A stretch of 63,809 nucleotides of DNA, filler included, from Klebsormidium nitens (Eukaryota > Plantae > Klebsormidiophyceae), in assembly GCA_000708835.1 (NCBI GenBank). It is 4 parts of 4 records of this genome, joined end to end, with 100 filler letters (N's around TTAATTAATTAA, not from the genome) between each part and the next. Parts side by side here need not be neighbours in the genome. Positions count along the whole stretch, not along the records: positions 1 to 29,504 come from DF237700.1; positions 29,605 to 37,221 come from DF238286.1; 2 more parts are not named here. One strand, written 5' to 3'. The notes below the pieces were generated by a model. The model searched no databases and was not told the origin of the DNA. It worked only from the letters and a program-made list of their open reading frames with translations. The position numbers and the translations under genes are program-made. Positions 24,475-37,321 of this stretch are shown here, piece by piece. Numbering within the stretch: position 1 is the stretch's first letter; every line of letters starts with the position of its first letter.

Positions 24475-27400
24475 CTAGCTTTTGGGAGGCGGGATCCGGC
24501 TGAACGCCGTCGTCTCGCGCCGCAGGCTCAGGCGGTGCAGCCACGTTGCCGCGCCGGCCAGTGCGGGCGCCCCCTCCGGCTCCGCCAGCAGCCCGCCCCC
24601 GCGCGCCGCCTCTGCGTCCGTCTTCCATGCCGCCGCCTCGTCGGGCGGCGCCGCAAACGCGCGTTTCCGCTGGATGACCGCAAACACGAAGGCGCCCAAC
24701 AGCAGCGCCAATGAGGCGGCGACGGCCGACACGACCACCACGAACGTGGTGCGCGACACGCGCGGCGCCGCGGGGTACACCCACGTGTTGGGCGACGCGG
24801 GAGCTGGCGGGGACAGCACCGACGCGGTCGTGCTTACAGGGACGGGCAGTGCGGCGGTGGACGTGGGCGGGGCAGGCAGCGGGGCTTCGGCGGGGGCGGG
24901 GGCGGGGGCGGGGGCTGCGGCGGTGACGTTGTCGTTGAAGGACAGGTCAGCCAGCTCGACTGCGGAGATGCGCTCGAGCTGGAAGCTGAAGGGCGCATCC
25001 GCGTTGCTGCTGGGGGCGCCTGCAGGGAGAACAGCAATGGGCCGGTGTTAAAGCAGGAGTCATGGAGGGCCGGAGAGAGGCAGGCAGCCGATTTTGGAAA
25101 GCTGCAAACCACCGCTACGATGCTCAACTAGCAAGTTCAAGTCCGCCGGGAAGGAGAACGCTCATTTGCTATCCTTAGAAGCAGCTCAACAGTTACGATT
25201 TCCCTCGTGGTGTCAAGATACACATCCAGTACCCAAGTTGGCGGAGCACCAGAACTTCACGCTCGCTAGGGACCAGAAATGAAGGCAGTCGGATGTCGGT
25301 CAACAAAACATCTAGCGTCCTGAGGTCCTCGAAAGCTCAACCGGTGTGCAAGGCCGACCTCCCTACTCTGGAGAATGCTCATGTCCTTAGACACGGACCC
25401 CGTTAAGACCGCTGATCGTGATCAGAGTTGACGAGGCTGGAGGGACGGATTTGGGTACTCTATTTTAAAGTTTCAGGGTCGCCAGAAGGACGTGGCAGAG
25501 TTGTACTTGAAGCGGGAACGTTCGACAATGAGTCCGACGGTTTGATACTAGCATACAACCACTTCAGCTTCTCTTCAGCCTGTCCAGAGCGTCGCGCTGA
25601 TCGACATACAAATGAAGTCCCTCTACACCTTCGCTCGCAGGTCGCGTCAAATGATGGAAGCCTGTTCGCTGCGGCGCAAGGAGAACGGTAAAAGAAGGAT
25701 ACGCAAAGTGTGTTCCGCTCACCAGCCCACGCTCCGTTCGAGATCTGAGAAGCATCCCAGATTGACGAGTACCTGCACCGTCGTGTCGAGGACGGCGTCA
25801 GTGCACTCCATGCAGGATGAGAAAATCGCAAAAAGGAAGGGCTAAGAAAGGACTCTCGTTCAAGATCAGACGGTCGAATGTAGCTTGACACGACCTTATG
25901 ACAGGTTGCCGTTCGTAGCCCCCGCGAACAGAACACAGAGTGCTACCGCTAAGTCTTATAGACTTCGCGCTGGGAACACGCGGTGGGCAAGCACATGCTA
26001 CAAGTCACTGTCCATTGCAGCACCGAATTGCAGCACACTTTGAAGGAGAGACTCTCGGAGGGCCCCGGACACTGGGTTCGCCTGCCGGTTGTGCCTTGCA
26101 GGGCGGGGCACTCACAGGAAGCCCGGTAGCGTGGGGTAGGGCTGCCCGGTCAGGTTGTACACAGTGCGCACCAGACGGCCGTCGATGAACCACCTGCACG
26201 CAAGCAAGCCGAGCAGGGACGATGAGAACCTGGTGCGCTGGCCAGTGAGCTCAGCATCAGGGGGATTGGACTTACATTCACGTCTTTTTGGGTCCCTTTT
26301 GCATGCATCAGATTGTCATTCTGGCGCATCTTGCAAATGCCCATTGGCGCCGCGCTCACTTGATCCGGATGGGCGTCCAGTCGATGCGATACTCGTGGAA
26401 GGCGTCCGAGCAGTCAAAGCCCAGGTCGACGGTCTTCTCGTTGCCGGTGCTGTTGCCAGCCACGTAGTAGTTCACCTGCGGACGATGCACCAAGGCTTCA
26501 GTAGTCTGCACGACAGTGTGGCCTTGAGGGACTCCCCTTGAGCCCACCAGCCTTTCGCTACGCAATAGTCAAGCCCTAGAATTGACTTTCACAAATCAAA
26601 GGGCAGGGCTCCTAATGCCCCTTGCCTGAGATGTTTGCTCGGCATTCAAGGGATCTCTGTATCTCGGGGCTTTACGTCCGACGGTCTTGTCTAGCAACTA
26701 CAAGCACTCCTGCGTCTTCCACCATTGTGACAGCAGGTTGGGCTCCTTGCCATGAGTGCGGCTGCCCACCTGCACCTGCGTCTTGTTCTTCCCCAGGAAC
26801 TCGAAGTCAATCTCGTCCTGCACTGGGTTCACCCCCGCCGTCTCGACGCTGCACACCGGAGCTGGCCGTCGTTAGCATGACAAGGAAAAGTGCAGTTTGG
26901 CAGCAACTTGGTAGGACCCACTGAGGGGATTGCCCAGCACGTAAACAAACAGGTTGAGCAAGATCTGACTGTTGTTGCGCACAAGTGGTGGTTCAAGCAG
27001 GGGAGGATGATTTTGTGGTGGGTGCGTCACCTGGACGTGTAGAAGTTGGGCACCAGGCCGGTGATGTCGCCTGCAACAATGCAGCAAGGGGGGTCACCCT
27101 GCGCCGCTGGATGACCTGCTGCCAGAAACTTCATACAGGACGAAGAGTCGCCGCCATTAGAAAGTTTCTGAGTGCTCAAGCTGTCAAAATGAAATTCACA
27201 AGATGCATTCTTTCCCGAAGCCACTTTGCTCCTGGCCATGCATTTCATCTTCACGGCAAGCACTTGTGCGCAGGGAGGTCACAAGGCGTGTGGGTGGGCT
27301 CACCTGCTGGGCACTTGATCATGGCCGAAAAGTTGCCATACGCATATCTCTTGTCAGTGTGGATGCGCGCCCCAGTGGTGGTGTCAGGCATGCTACAAGG

Positions 27401-28037
27401 GGGAGACACAAAAGGACAGTGAGTGGGTCTGCTGATACTGATCTCCCTGATGAAGGCGTCCATGATGCGAGACATCATGTGGGCTTGCATCAGCAAAGGC
27501 AGCAAAGAAGCAGCGTTAATCGAAGACCAACCAGTCATCGGGTTGCCCCTTAAGAGATGCATCTGACAGGCCCTCATGGAGTTGACGCCTAGAAAACACT
27601 CACGTGATGATGACCGCGCTGTTCTCTTGGTCAAAGGAGAGAATGTCGAGACCTGCAAAAGTGGCCCGTCACGGGGTCAATCGCAACACCACGGGACCAG
27701 TGTTAACTTTGAACGAAATGTTGGACAAGCAAACAGAAAGTAACTGGTTACAGTGCAGGCTTGACATTCTAGCAGGCACATAAAAGTAGATGGCGTGGCA
27801 TTGCGCACAAGCTGAGGCCAGAAGTGGCTGGAAGCACAGCAGGCAATGAAAATTTCAGCTTCATAAGACAAGGCAGTCAGGGGCTTTACAAGCGCTCTCA
27901 CCGTAGTCACACCAGACAAAAGGAGAACCGTTGGCAGTAGAGGGAATACGAGTGCCATTGTTATTGTCTGGGTCACTTGGAGGTGCTGCCTGCCCTGCAG
28001 CACACCCCACGATGACCAAAACACAGAGGGCCCGCAT
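24475..28037 (-). CDS. GH16 endo-glucanase, EG16/XTH-related, with signal peptide, Ala/Pro-rich stalk and single transmembrane helix
   Basis: Exons ~28037-27902, 27652-27604, 27392-27304, 27070-27031, 26848-26770, 26475-26360, 26193-26116, 25772-25723 and 25019-24475, all in phase. Catalytic QDEIDFEFLGKNKTQVQVNYY. EG16-like motifs YGNFSAMIKCP, DLGFDCSDAFHEYRIDW and LYSSIWDAS. These are followed by APAPAPAPAE and the TM segment FVVVVSAVAASLALLLGAFVFAVI-QRKR. Confidence 0.88.
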
Positions 28038-28848
28038 GAGGGATTCCTTCCCACACATTCCAAGGAGCCCCCCCGGACGAGCTGAGGGCGCCATCCCCTA
28101 CGTTTCGCACTTGACCCAGTGGAAGAAGAAGTGATTTGAGGGACAACTCAACGTTACAGAAGCCAAGGGCGAATGCTTATGGGCCCAATGCGTCAGGATT
28201 TTGAATGACACACTGATACAGGTACCGCGGTACGCAAGGCTGCTATCAGGATGGATTCCTCCAGAAGTTCGAGCCCAGATTGAAATCAAGTTGCAGCCGC
28301 CACGCTTGTGTAAGTTCTAGAGTTGAGGTGCGACCAGCTCGCAACGTTAACTTATGTGGTTTCCACGGCAAAGGAATGAATCAAGCCTTGCTCCTGGGGA
28401 CAAAAGAGCACTCTTTGCTAAGGATGTTGAATCTCTGCTGGAGAGGGAGCAAGGCAGAACACTTCTATGACGTCTCTAGTGTGGTGGAAAGAACCCTTTA
28501 AGAGCTGCCAAGCAAATATGGAAGTAAGGGCTTGAACGCAGGGGCTTTGGAAGCAAGCTCTGAATTGAATGAAGTTTTGCAGCATAAAACAATGTGAACC
28601 AAACTTGATCTGGACCAGGGCAATCATCCTTGCTTGTGTCTTGTACCGAAAGGTGCGCTACCTGTTCCAAAGTCAGGGAATGCTGAACCCTCGAGATAAT
28701 ACGGCTACTTGATCACAAAGCTAGACCTGAAAAACACTAGAACTTGAAGAAATCCCGGGGAAGTCGCAGCTCTCGTGCACCTTCTGCATGCATGAGGGAG
28801 CGCTCTCTGTAGTGCAGATCTTGACCAAAAGTTCAGACTTCAGCCGCT

Positions 28849-29156
28849 ACCTACCGACGCCGTAGTACGGTGTACCGGTACCTACTTCAGGTACCGCACT
28901 AGGTATACCGTATGCATGTACCCGTACGGTACGCACCATACGGTGCCCATACCTGCGACGGCATACGGTACCGGTACATGTTTCGGCAAGTCTTGGTAGC
29001 CGTACGTCCTACCTACGTACGGTACCTACACCGTTTGTACCGTACTACCAGACCGTACGAAGGCTGTCACCTCCTACCGGTAAGTGGTGATTGATGGGAC
29101 TCGGGAGCAACCATACGGCACGTACTGATCGGAACGCGAAGTTGTACGGTACGGGT
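28849..29156. repeat. GTAC-dense degenerate short-motif array
   Basis: About 18 GTAC tetramers (mostly CCGTAC/CGGTAC/GGTACC) counted by eye in ~300 bp. Confidence 0.75.
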
Positions 29157-29504
29157 GCAGGATGGTTCCCCTTCTGACTGCGTGAAGCAACTTGGTCCGT
29201 CCGATACCTATGGATGACGTCATAAACAAACTCGGCAGCCGCACTTCAGCCCATAATTTGACAGTTGACTTCTGTGGATATTTCGGGAAGCAAAATATCA
29301 GATGCATTCCAAGAAGGTTAGGGTTTTAGGGTATTGATCATGTGAATGCAATGAGACTACCAAGGGTTTTGAGGTTTCCAAACTATAGGATTGCCTGCAG
29401 TGTTCTGTGGTTCAGGTTTTGGAGGGTTTGGACGATGCAGCTGTACTCCTTGAATTGCGGTCTTTCAGAATCTGCCTAAAAAACGGTTTTCTGACAACAT
29501 AGGG

Positions 29505-29604
29505 NNNNNNNNNNNNNNNNNNNNNNNNNNNNNNNNNNNNNNNNNNNNTTAATTAATTAANNNNNNNNNNNNNNNNNNNNNNNNNNNNNNNNNNNNNNNN
29601 NNNN
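29505..29604. other. Assembly gap with TTAATTAATTAA spacer
   Basis: An N run contains a central 12-mer that puts stops in all frames. It is identical in all three gaps, so it is an assembly artefact. Confidence 0.95.
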
Positions 29605-31474
29605 GCATCGAAGAGTCCGAAGTCATTCGTCCTGTTCTAAGACTCCGAACATCCGAAGCCAAGGCCAGTGCACAGCTATCCAGCTACCGGATTTCTCACT
29701 GTACAGCATGTCAGTATGTCAGACCAGTCAGACTGTTCCAAAATCCTTCCGAATTGAAACCCCGTTCTTTGCAGGACCCTGATACTTGAAATCCTTGTTG
29801 AACCCCCGACGTGCGACGGTGAGTTTCAGGATCATTACTTTTCGATCTTTGCCAAGCTCTAGAATAAAAACACCGGCTTTCTTGGAAAGATGGCTGGTTA
29901 GATTATGATGACGTCGTTGATAAGTTGACTATTTGATGATACATTGCTTCCATGATGCTTCAAAGCTTGTTCTGGAAACCTTTTGCTTACTCGTTTGAGT
30001 GCACTACAAGCTATAGCGAGCTCTCTGTCCCGGCCCTCCTATGTCCCGGTCCCTGGAACAGACTGAACTACTCAGCAGCCCTATTTCATTCGTAGTGATC
30101 AGGGAAACGTTTCCATATTGATCAGAAAAAGGGTGTACTTCTAAAACCCTCAGAGACAATATAGCCTTGTTTGATGAGCAGGGTCACTTTGGCATAGGAC
30201 TGTGTGGGCAGACAAACAGACTTGCAGATCACTCGAGGTTGAAAGCTTGTCCAATGCCACTAGTCGACGTGTGTATGCAATTGCAAAGCCGGCCACATAC
30301 ATGTACTTGAAGACAACCTATTGGAGCTCATGAAATTTTGGAAATTTCTCTTGGTATTTTGACCCTTTGATAAGACAAGTTAGCAAGATCTACTCGAGGC
30401 TTCCAAATGGGCCGGGAACCTTCTGCTATAACGGGATTCCGCAGAGAGACGAGCAATCATTGTATCCAGTTACTACTGCGCGGCTTTTTAGTGGTTTGAA
30501 CATGCTTCAAGTTCGAGTAAGATGGTACTATAAATAGATCGAAGATTTTGTGGATGACGGTCAGCGAGTGAGCATTGAGTCAACGTACGTGGATGACGGT
30601 AAGAGCATTGTTGCATTAGTGCATGAGCCGGGGCCGCCCATGCAGCTTGGTCTGACGAGCATCCCGGCGACCAGCTCTACAGCGATTGGCACTAGAAAGC
30701 TCGATCATTTGCGGCGACCGTACAGGCTAGCTCGCCACATATTAATGTTCGAAAGCCTCTCGGAGCCAGGAGATCATGCATGCATCATTGACAGTTGACG
30801 CGCGTCTGATCAAGGCGGCTGCGATACACCATGAGCGCGCAATAGGATACTAGAACGTTCGAACATACCCGGCGGCGCAAAGTTATCTGACTGCATGCAT
30901 TAGTATGTTGTACTCAACCAAGCTATGTATAAAGCTTACGTGCAGCATGCACCTATATGCGCCCCGAAGCCATATACAATTGAATTAATGCAGACGTGTC
31001 ACATACATGCAGAAAAAAGTCATTTCAATGCAACCCATTGATTATGCAACTCAACGAGGTGGTGAGCTGATCGACACACCTATAGAATATCATTACTTTT
31101 AGAACGAATATGCACCAGTATATACATCTTCTTAGACACGCATGCGATTCTTAGTGTACCTTATAATTCATTTGCTATGATCTGCCCGGCCTGCCAGCTA
31201 GATTGACCTGCATAGGTACAGTGCATCAGGAGCTTGACGCAATCTTTTATGCAAGTACGTTGCATCAAGATACGACCCTAAACGAGGTTCCGTGCGGGCC
31301 TGTGGACCTTCTTTCTTCGCAATCGACCACCAATTCCAAAAACCTTACCACGAGGTTCAGCGCACTCCACTGAAAGTCGTATCAGGAATGCCAGCTGCCC
31401 TGCAAGATAGAGCGATTGCCAAACTCCCCAAAATGTACAGAACTGATGTCTGTCGAATGCCCACACATTGAACA

Positions 31475-33998
31475 TCAAGGCTTCTTGCGAGAAGGTGCAG
31501 GATTGCTGGGAAGAATCTTCCATCTCCTGCGCAGTTGTTCGAGATCCTGCACAGCCAACAAAAGCGCGACAGTTAACAAAGTGAGATACATCGCGTATAA
31601 GCCCACAGTTTACAAAACCTAGGAGAACATAGCATATTCACTTGACAAGTGCGCCCGGTCCGGGCCCGTCAAGTAGCGCTTGCGCCCGCTTTTGGACGTA
31701 ACATGGATCTAAACAAGCAATAAGCTCACCTCCTCCAAATGGTTTTCATAACGGAGACACATGAGGTCGGCCGCCCGCGTTCCCGCCTTGAGAGCCCACG
31801 GTGCACAGTGTGTCAGCAGCAGCTGCCGCTTCTGAGGCGGGAGCCGGAACGGCCCACCCAAGACAGACAGCGCACACATCGGCATGCCCGTCTGCAAATG
31901 AGAGACATCTCACGCTTCAAAGCCCATTGCGCAAGAACTTCTTGGAAGACACAGCGTGAGGATACAACGACATACAAGTTTCGAACCCGATAAAACCGAG
32001 GTGCTTGAAGGTGCCGTTACCAGTCACGGTAAGTGCCTAGCACGTGAGAATAAACGCGTGCTGAGTTCGTACTGTGGTGTAAGCTGGGGCACAATCAGGT
32101 CTCCTACTGTTGTGTCAAGTGTGTGTTAATAACACCGTAAATTGGGACAAGTCCCAAGAAAGGGAGAGACAACGGCGATCCAATTTGACGAGAGTGGACC
32201 AACGTGAAGTGTAACAATAAGTTTCGGCTTCGGTTATATGGAGCAAAGATCCCCGTGGCGGCATGCGCTGACCTGCACAAACTCGACCATCTTGAGCGCC
32301 AGCTCCCCAGTGACGGTGGTAGGGCAGTCAAAGAGGACGTGCCAAAAGTCGTGCACCTCGCGGCTGCGCACCGCAACATACGCCAGCTCGGGATCGTCCA
32401 CAAAACGAACCTGCATAGCCAGCCACACGGAGCAGGGGGGTGAGAGACCAGGCCTGAGGAGTGCTGTAGTAAAGGGAGAGCATCGAGTTGTCCTGGTTTC
32501 TGACCAAGTTCAACGCCTTTCCCAGGACGTAATGCTGGATCACAGTCTCTTAAATCTTTGAAAAGACTGTGGATGCAAGTCATGGTCACAAACACTTGTC
32601 GTCTCGAAGCAGAACCCAGACAAACCTGAACGCGTATTGCTACTGCTCTCATTCACTATCAGAATCTCGAGAAAGGATATCACCGAATTGCATCTGAACC
32701 TTCACCAGACACTTGAACTTAAAAAAAGAAGAGCGCCGACCTTCACTTCAGCCATCCATGACCTTCTAGAAAGGAATACAAGCCTGCCAAGGGAGCCCTC
32801 ACTTCAACCGTGGCCCTCAGCTGTCCTCTGCAGAGCTTGGAGCAGGGAGGTAACTGACCGGTGGCCGCTCGTCCGCGCTGAAGTTCCTTGACCCCATGAA
32901 CTGCGCATACGCTGCCCCAAACGTCCCCGGGGGCAGGTCCCAGGCGTGCGCAACGCTGGCAGCCGTGATGCGCGGCCGGTCCGCCAGGATGGAGCGACCC
33001 TCGGGGTCCCGCTGCATCCGCTCCCGCATGCGTCGGAACGCCAACAACCCGGTGGTCTCCCCCAGGGCCGCTACCTATACTGACAAAAACAGACAACAAG
33101 CTCCAGTAAAACAGAAGATTGTGGCCTTCACACGAGCTCGGAGCTACTATCCTTGGCCGTCAAGCGACCGACCACCTGTCATCAGTCAACGTCTTGTGCT
33201 TCACTTGGACTGAGTGGGTGCGGTCTATACGCCAGAGTTGACTGGGTGCGGTCTATAGATGCCGCCACTGTTTCTAGAACCTCAGCAGTCAGGGTGTTCG
33301 ACTGCAGCGTCTGAATCATCTATCCAATTGTCATCTTACAGTGCACCTTTCTGATCACTACAAGAGTGGTATCCAAGGATATCTTTGATTCAAGACAAGA
33401 ATGCTGCAACTTCAGTCCTACTTGGTCAACAAGTCAAGAAACTCCATGTTGCGCCCCTGCCCCTTTCCCAATCTCAGTGTTGTGCTTTACTCCAATTGTA
33501 CGAACTTGGCACGCGGTTTGACTCACAAAAACCTTTCTCCCCAGACCCCAAGACCCAGTCAACCGAGTACAGTCCCCTCACCAGGTCAGCCCTGTCCGGA
33601 TGCCTCAACGCCCCAAAAGCTGAACCGACTGCGACGGCTGCGGTTTGCAGCGGCGTCAGAGGCATGTGCGTTGCATACGATAATCCGTCGCGGCCTTGCC
33701 CAAGCCCTGCAGCTGGCCTGGCGCCAGGCTCAGCGGACTCCTCAGGACCATGGGCGTCCGAAAAGTCAGGGCGTGCTTGCGAACTCGCACTGGAGTGCAC
33801 TCGTCGCAAGTGCCGGGGGTCCCAAGGGTCCTCATGGGCCTCTGCAAAAGTCCTTCCAGAGCATGACGCAACCAGGAAGGATTGGGCGTCCGCTGAGCGG
33901 GGTGTCCCGTTGATCAAGCGTGCGATCTCAGAAGTTTTTAAGACATCTTTGGTCAACCAAAGTGGAGCCTTGCCAGCTCGAGACAGAGAACCTACCAT
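31475..33998 (-). CDS. COQ4: Ubiquinone biosynthesis protein COQ4, mitochondrial
   Basis: Exons ~33998-33582, 33074-32859, 32410-32273, 31891-31730 and 31546-31475. Motifs include [79 protein letters not shown], the Zn motif [12 protein letters not shown] and [18 protein letters not shown]. The start could be 34037. Confidence 0.93.
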
Positions 33999-34284
33999 GC
34001 TTGCAACTTTTCTTGCGTATGGACCACCCTGGCACACTTTGCTGTTGCCTGGTTACGCCCAGTCTATGGCCCCAGCGCCAACGCTTGGCCAACTCATTGC
34101 TTCGAGTTCAAGTGCGCGTGGAGAGCTGATCTGCTAGATGGACCTTCTATTGACCCCAGAACATGATGACATTCCCCGCGGTAGCCTGTCGACGAACTGG
34201 CGCTCAAGATTCAGGGCGCTTCGACAGGAGATTCGTGCATGGTGATGCTGACAGCTCGCTACAGCATCAGCACACCACCATCAC

Positions 34285-37221
34285 GTGCTCACCCTCAGGC
34301 CAGGTATGCAGCCCACTCACCACCATGCTGTACGCTTCGTGCTTTCCAGTGTCTGCTTCTTGCTTCAGGCTTCTTCCAGTGGACCTCATGCTGCTGTAGA
34401 GATATCCCCTGCTGACACCCGTACATCCCTCCGCTCATGGGCAGAATGTGATCTTGGTCCTCCTAGACGTACGCTTGCCCCTTGGGGTTGTACGTCGCCT
34501 TGCATCGGTCTGCCCACGGAGTCTTGCACCACGGGTTGTCATAGGCCATCTTTTGATCTCTCTACTTCTCTAGCATTTTTTAGGGTTCCGCTTGGATGCA
34601 CTTTGCTTGGGCACAGACTGTTACTGGCAGCTTGGTTGCCGTCTTCCCAGGGCTTCCCACACCTCTGTATGGCCTCTTTTCCGAGCATGCCGCTCCCTTC
34701 TCTTTGTGCCTGTGTGTCCACTGGCTGCTATGACCTTGCTTCTCTTACCGCCACCTTCCCCCTCACTTGGGACCCGGGTGGCTCTCTCATCTGGGATCCT
34801 GGTGGCCAATATCGCTTGACCACTATCTTGTGTGCTCCACCACTTCCTAGGGTGTCGTTGATAATTCCTTGTCTCGCGGCGCCTTATCATTCTTTCCCTC
34901 CTTTGCTTTCGCTCCCCCCATTCGATGTACCCCGTGGGGGGTGGGGAAATGCTGCCCAATTTCTGCAGGACTGTCCAGGCGTCCTTGGTTCCTTCCGCGC
35001 ATCGAAGTACATCCCCTACTTTGCTCTTCATGCTCGTGAGCCATCTCCTTTCCCCTCTCCCATCCCCAATATCCTCATTTGGGGATCATGCTTTCTCTAT
35101 CCTCTTATTGTCCATGCCTGCTCCCCTTCTGCCTCCATTGTTGTGCTCCTTGCTTTCGTCACTCTTGGGTGGTTTGCTTTCCATCTTCAAACTCTCATGC
35201 TACAGCATCTTTGGGCAACTGCCACTTCTCTTATGCTTCAAGGGCGCTATCGTCGGCACCGTCGGTTCCGCACTTATTGTCATCGGCTGCGTCGTGCATA
35301 CCGACGCCTCTCATTCCTCCAATACGTACATGGTGCTCTCGTTCTTTTCATAGCAGGCAACTGTATGGCCTTACCTCATGGGACACCCACACTCTATCAT
35401 CCTATCTTACGCTGCCCGAGCACTTTCACATGGTACCCCCGCATCTATAAGTTTCGCAACTTGCTCGATCACTCGCCTAAAAGCTATAGACACATCCATG
35501 CCTGGTTGCCTCTTCATGGACTTCAGCTCGCACATCTTAGCTTGCTAGTGTGTTTGCTTTTACTTCGTGGCGACATACATCCTAATCCGGGCCCTGCTAC
35601 TTCCCCCGCGGGCGTTCCCTCTATTATTGTAGCCGACCATCTCCGCATTCTTAATTGGAACGTCCGAGGCATTGATGGCAAATTGGCCCGGCTACCAGCC
35701 TTTCTTCGATCACATAACGTACATTTTGCCATCCTCACGGAAACACGCCGTGTTCTTTCACGGTCCTCGGGGCCTTCCGCTCCTTCTACCCATCTTGACG
35801 GCTACACCTTTTACTTCTCCTCTCATGTCGACTCAACCGTCGCATCACAATATCTTGACCCGCGCTTACGCGAATGGGGCGTCTGCCTAGCCGTAAAAGA
35901 TGGGCTTGCTTTTCAACCGACTCCAGTCCCCGGCAAATTTCAATCACGTCTTCTACAAGGCGCGCTTACTTTGCGGGGTCCCAGTGACAGCACCCTGATT
36001 CTTCATATATTTGCAATCTATGCTCCCGCAAATCAGCAACAAAAAGCATCCTTCTGGACCGACCTTGGTCAACATTTGAAATCCTTTGCGCCCTCCGTTC
36101 TTTCTGAGTCCCACCAGCACATCATATTGGGGGGTGATTGCAACAGCTACATGGATCCTTTCCGTGATATCTTCCGCTCCCCTTCTCCAGCTGCACCAAT
36201 GTCTTCTGTAAGCGGCACCTCTGACAGTCAGCACGGCACGTTCCTTCGCCGCTTTATCGAGGAGCTGCGAACAGCTTCCATCCATCTTTTTGACCCCCTT
36301 TCAAGCTCACAATATACTGCTCCCGTACACTACACATATGCGAATGCCACCTTCACTTACCGCTCGATCCTGGATAAGATTTTCACTTCGTTCTCCTTGC
36401 AGCACATGGAACCCACCATTGTACTCGATTGGGATCAATACAGCTCGACTGGAGCTTCCGATCATCGTGCCACTCTTTCGAGTATCAGCCTTGCCTCCCT
36501 TGGTCATGGATGGATCGAGTATCCATCTGTTCCTTTCCGTTCTCCCCCTCTTATCAATATCGATAAACTCAAAAACATTGATCCGCTAACCATTTCCTCA
36601 CAAATTTCTGCATGGCGGCTCAGTTTGCCTCCCTCCATTACTGCACTCTTGCTCAGTGCTGGATCAGGACCACTGCCAGCTGCCAGTTCCGTTTCCATTT
36701 CGGACACCCTTTTATCTGACATGTACAGCCAGCTTATTACATTGTGTGTCGATATCCCGCGCTCCTTGCTTGCTCCGACTGGGGAGCCTTCTCGACACAG
36801 TAGAATCTACAAGACGAGTGAAGCAGGCCAGGCTCAAGCCATTGTTGTCTGGCTTCGGCGCTACCGTTTGGCCCTTCGCCATCTCCATGATGCTCATACT
36901 TGGAGGCATCGCAATTTACAAAAAGGCCCTCGAAACACTGTTCGCCGCATTTACCATGATTTTGACTCGAATCCAATCTTTCGTACGCACCTGTCTGCTC
37001 TTATTCCCCTTCAACCCCGCTCAAATTGGGACCTCGCCTCCTGGCAGATTGCTTGGGACCGCACCATTGAACTTCAGCATCTCTGGAGTCGCCGCCTTAC
37101 CGATTCCTTACGTACTGCCAAGCAATCCTGGATAGCCCATCGTCGCGAAAATGCCTACGCAGCACCCCCCAACTCTCGCGAGCGTCGGGCGTTACTGTGA
37201 CGGTTGGACAGGGTTCACACG
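34285..37221 (+). mobile_element. APE-type non-LTR retrotransposon (LINE) 5' part; long N-terminal extension, 2A-like motif and apurinic endonuclease; RT not visible before the gap
   Basis: Intronless 971-codon ORF with CT-rich composition unlike host exons. APE motifs LNWNVRG, LTETR, IYAP, LGGDCNS, YRSILDKIF and SDHRA, preceded by LLLRGDIHPNPGP. It ends at a TGA (37198-37200) just before the gap. Confidence 0.88.
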
Positions 37222-37321
37222 NNNNNNNNNNNNNNNNNNNNNNNNNNNNNNNNNNNNNNNNNNNNTTAATTAATTAANNNNNNNNNNNNNNNNNNNNNNN
37301 NNNNNNNNNNNNNNNNNNNNN
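37222..37321. other. Assembly gap with TTAATTAATTAA spacer
   Basis: N run with the same spacer; it truncates the LINE. Confidence 0.95.

Noticed and set aside
29549-29560. TTAATTAATTAA palindrome inside the N runs (also in the other two gaps)
   Set aside because: It is an artificial assembly spacer, not biology.
29605-30500. Possible exon fragments (e.g. VVFKYMYVAGFAIAYTRRLVAL on the minus strand) after the first gap
   Set aside because: I could not build a consistent gene model or recognise a family.
33385-34137. 250-aa plus-strand ORF
   Set aside because: It is an antisense shadow of the GC-rich COQ4 first exon with no recognisable motifs.
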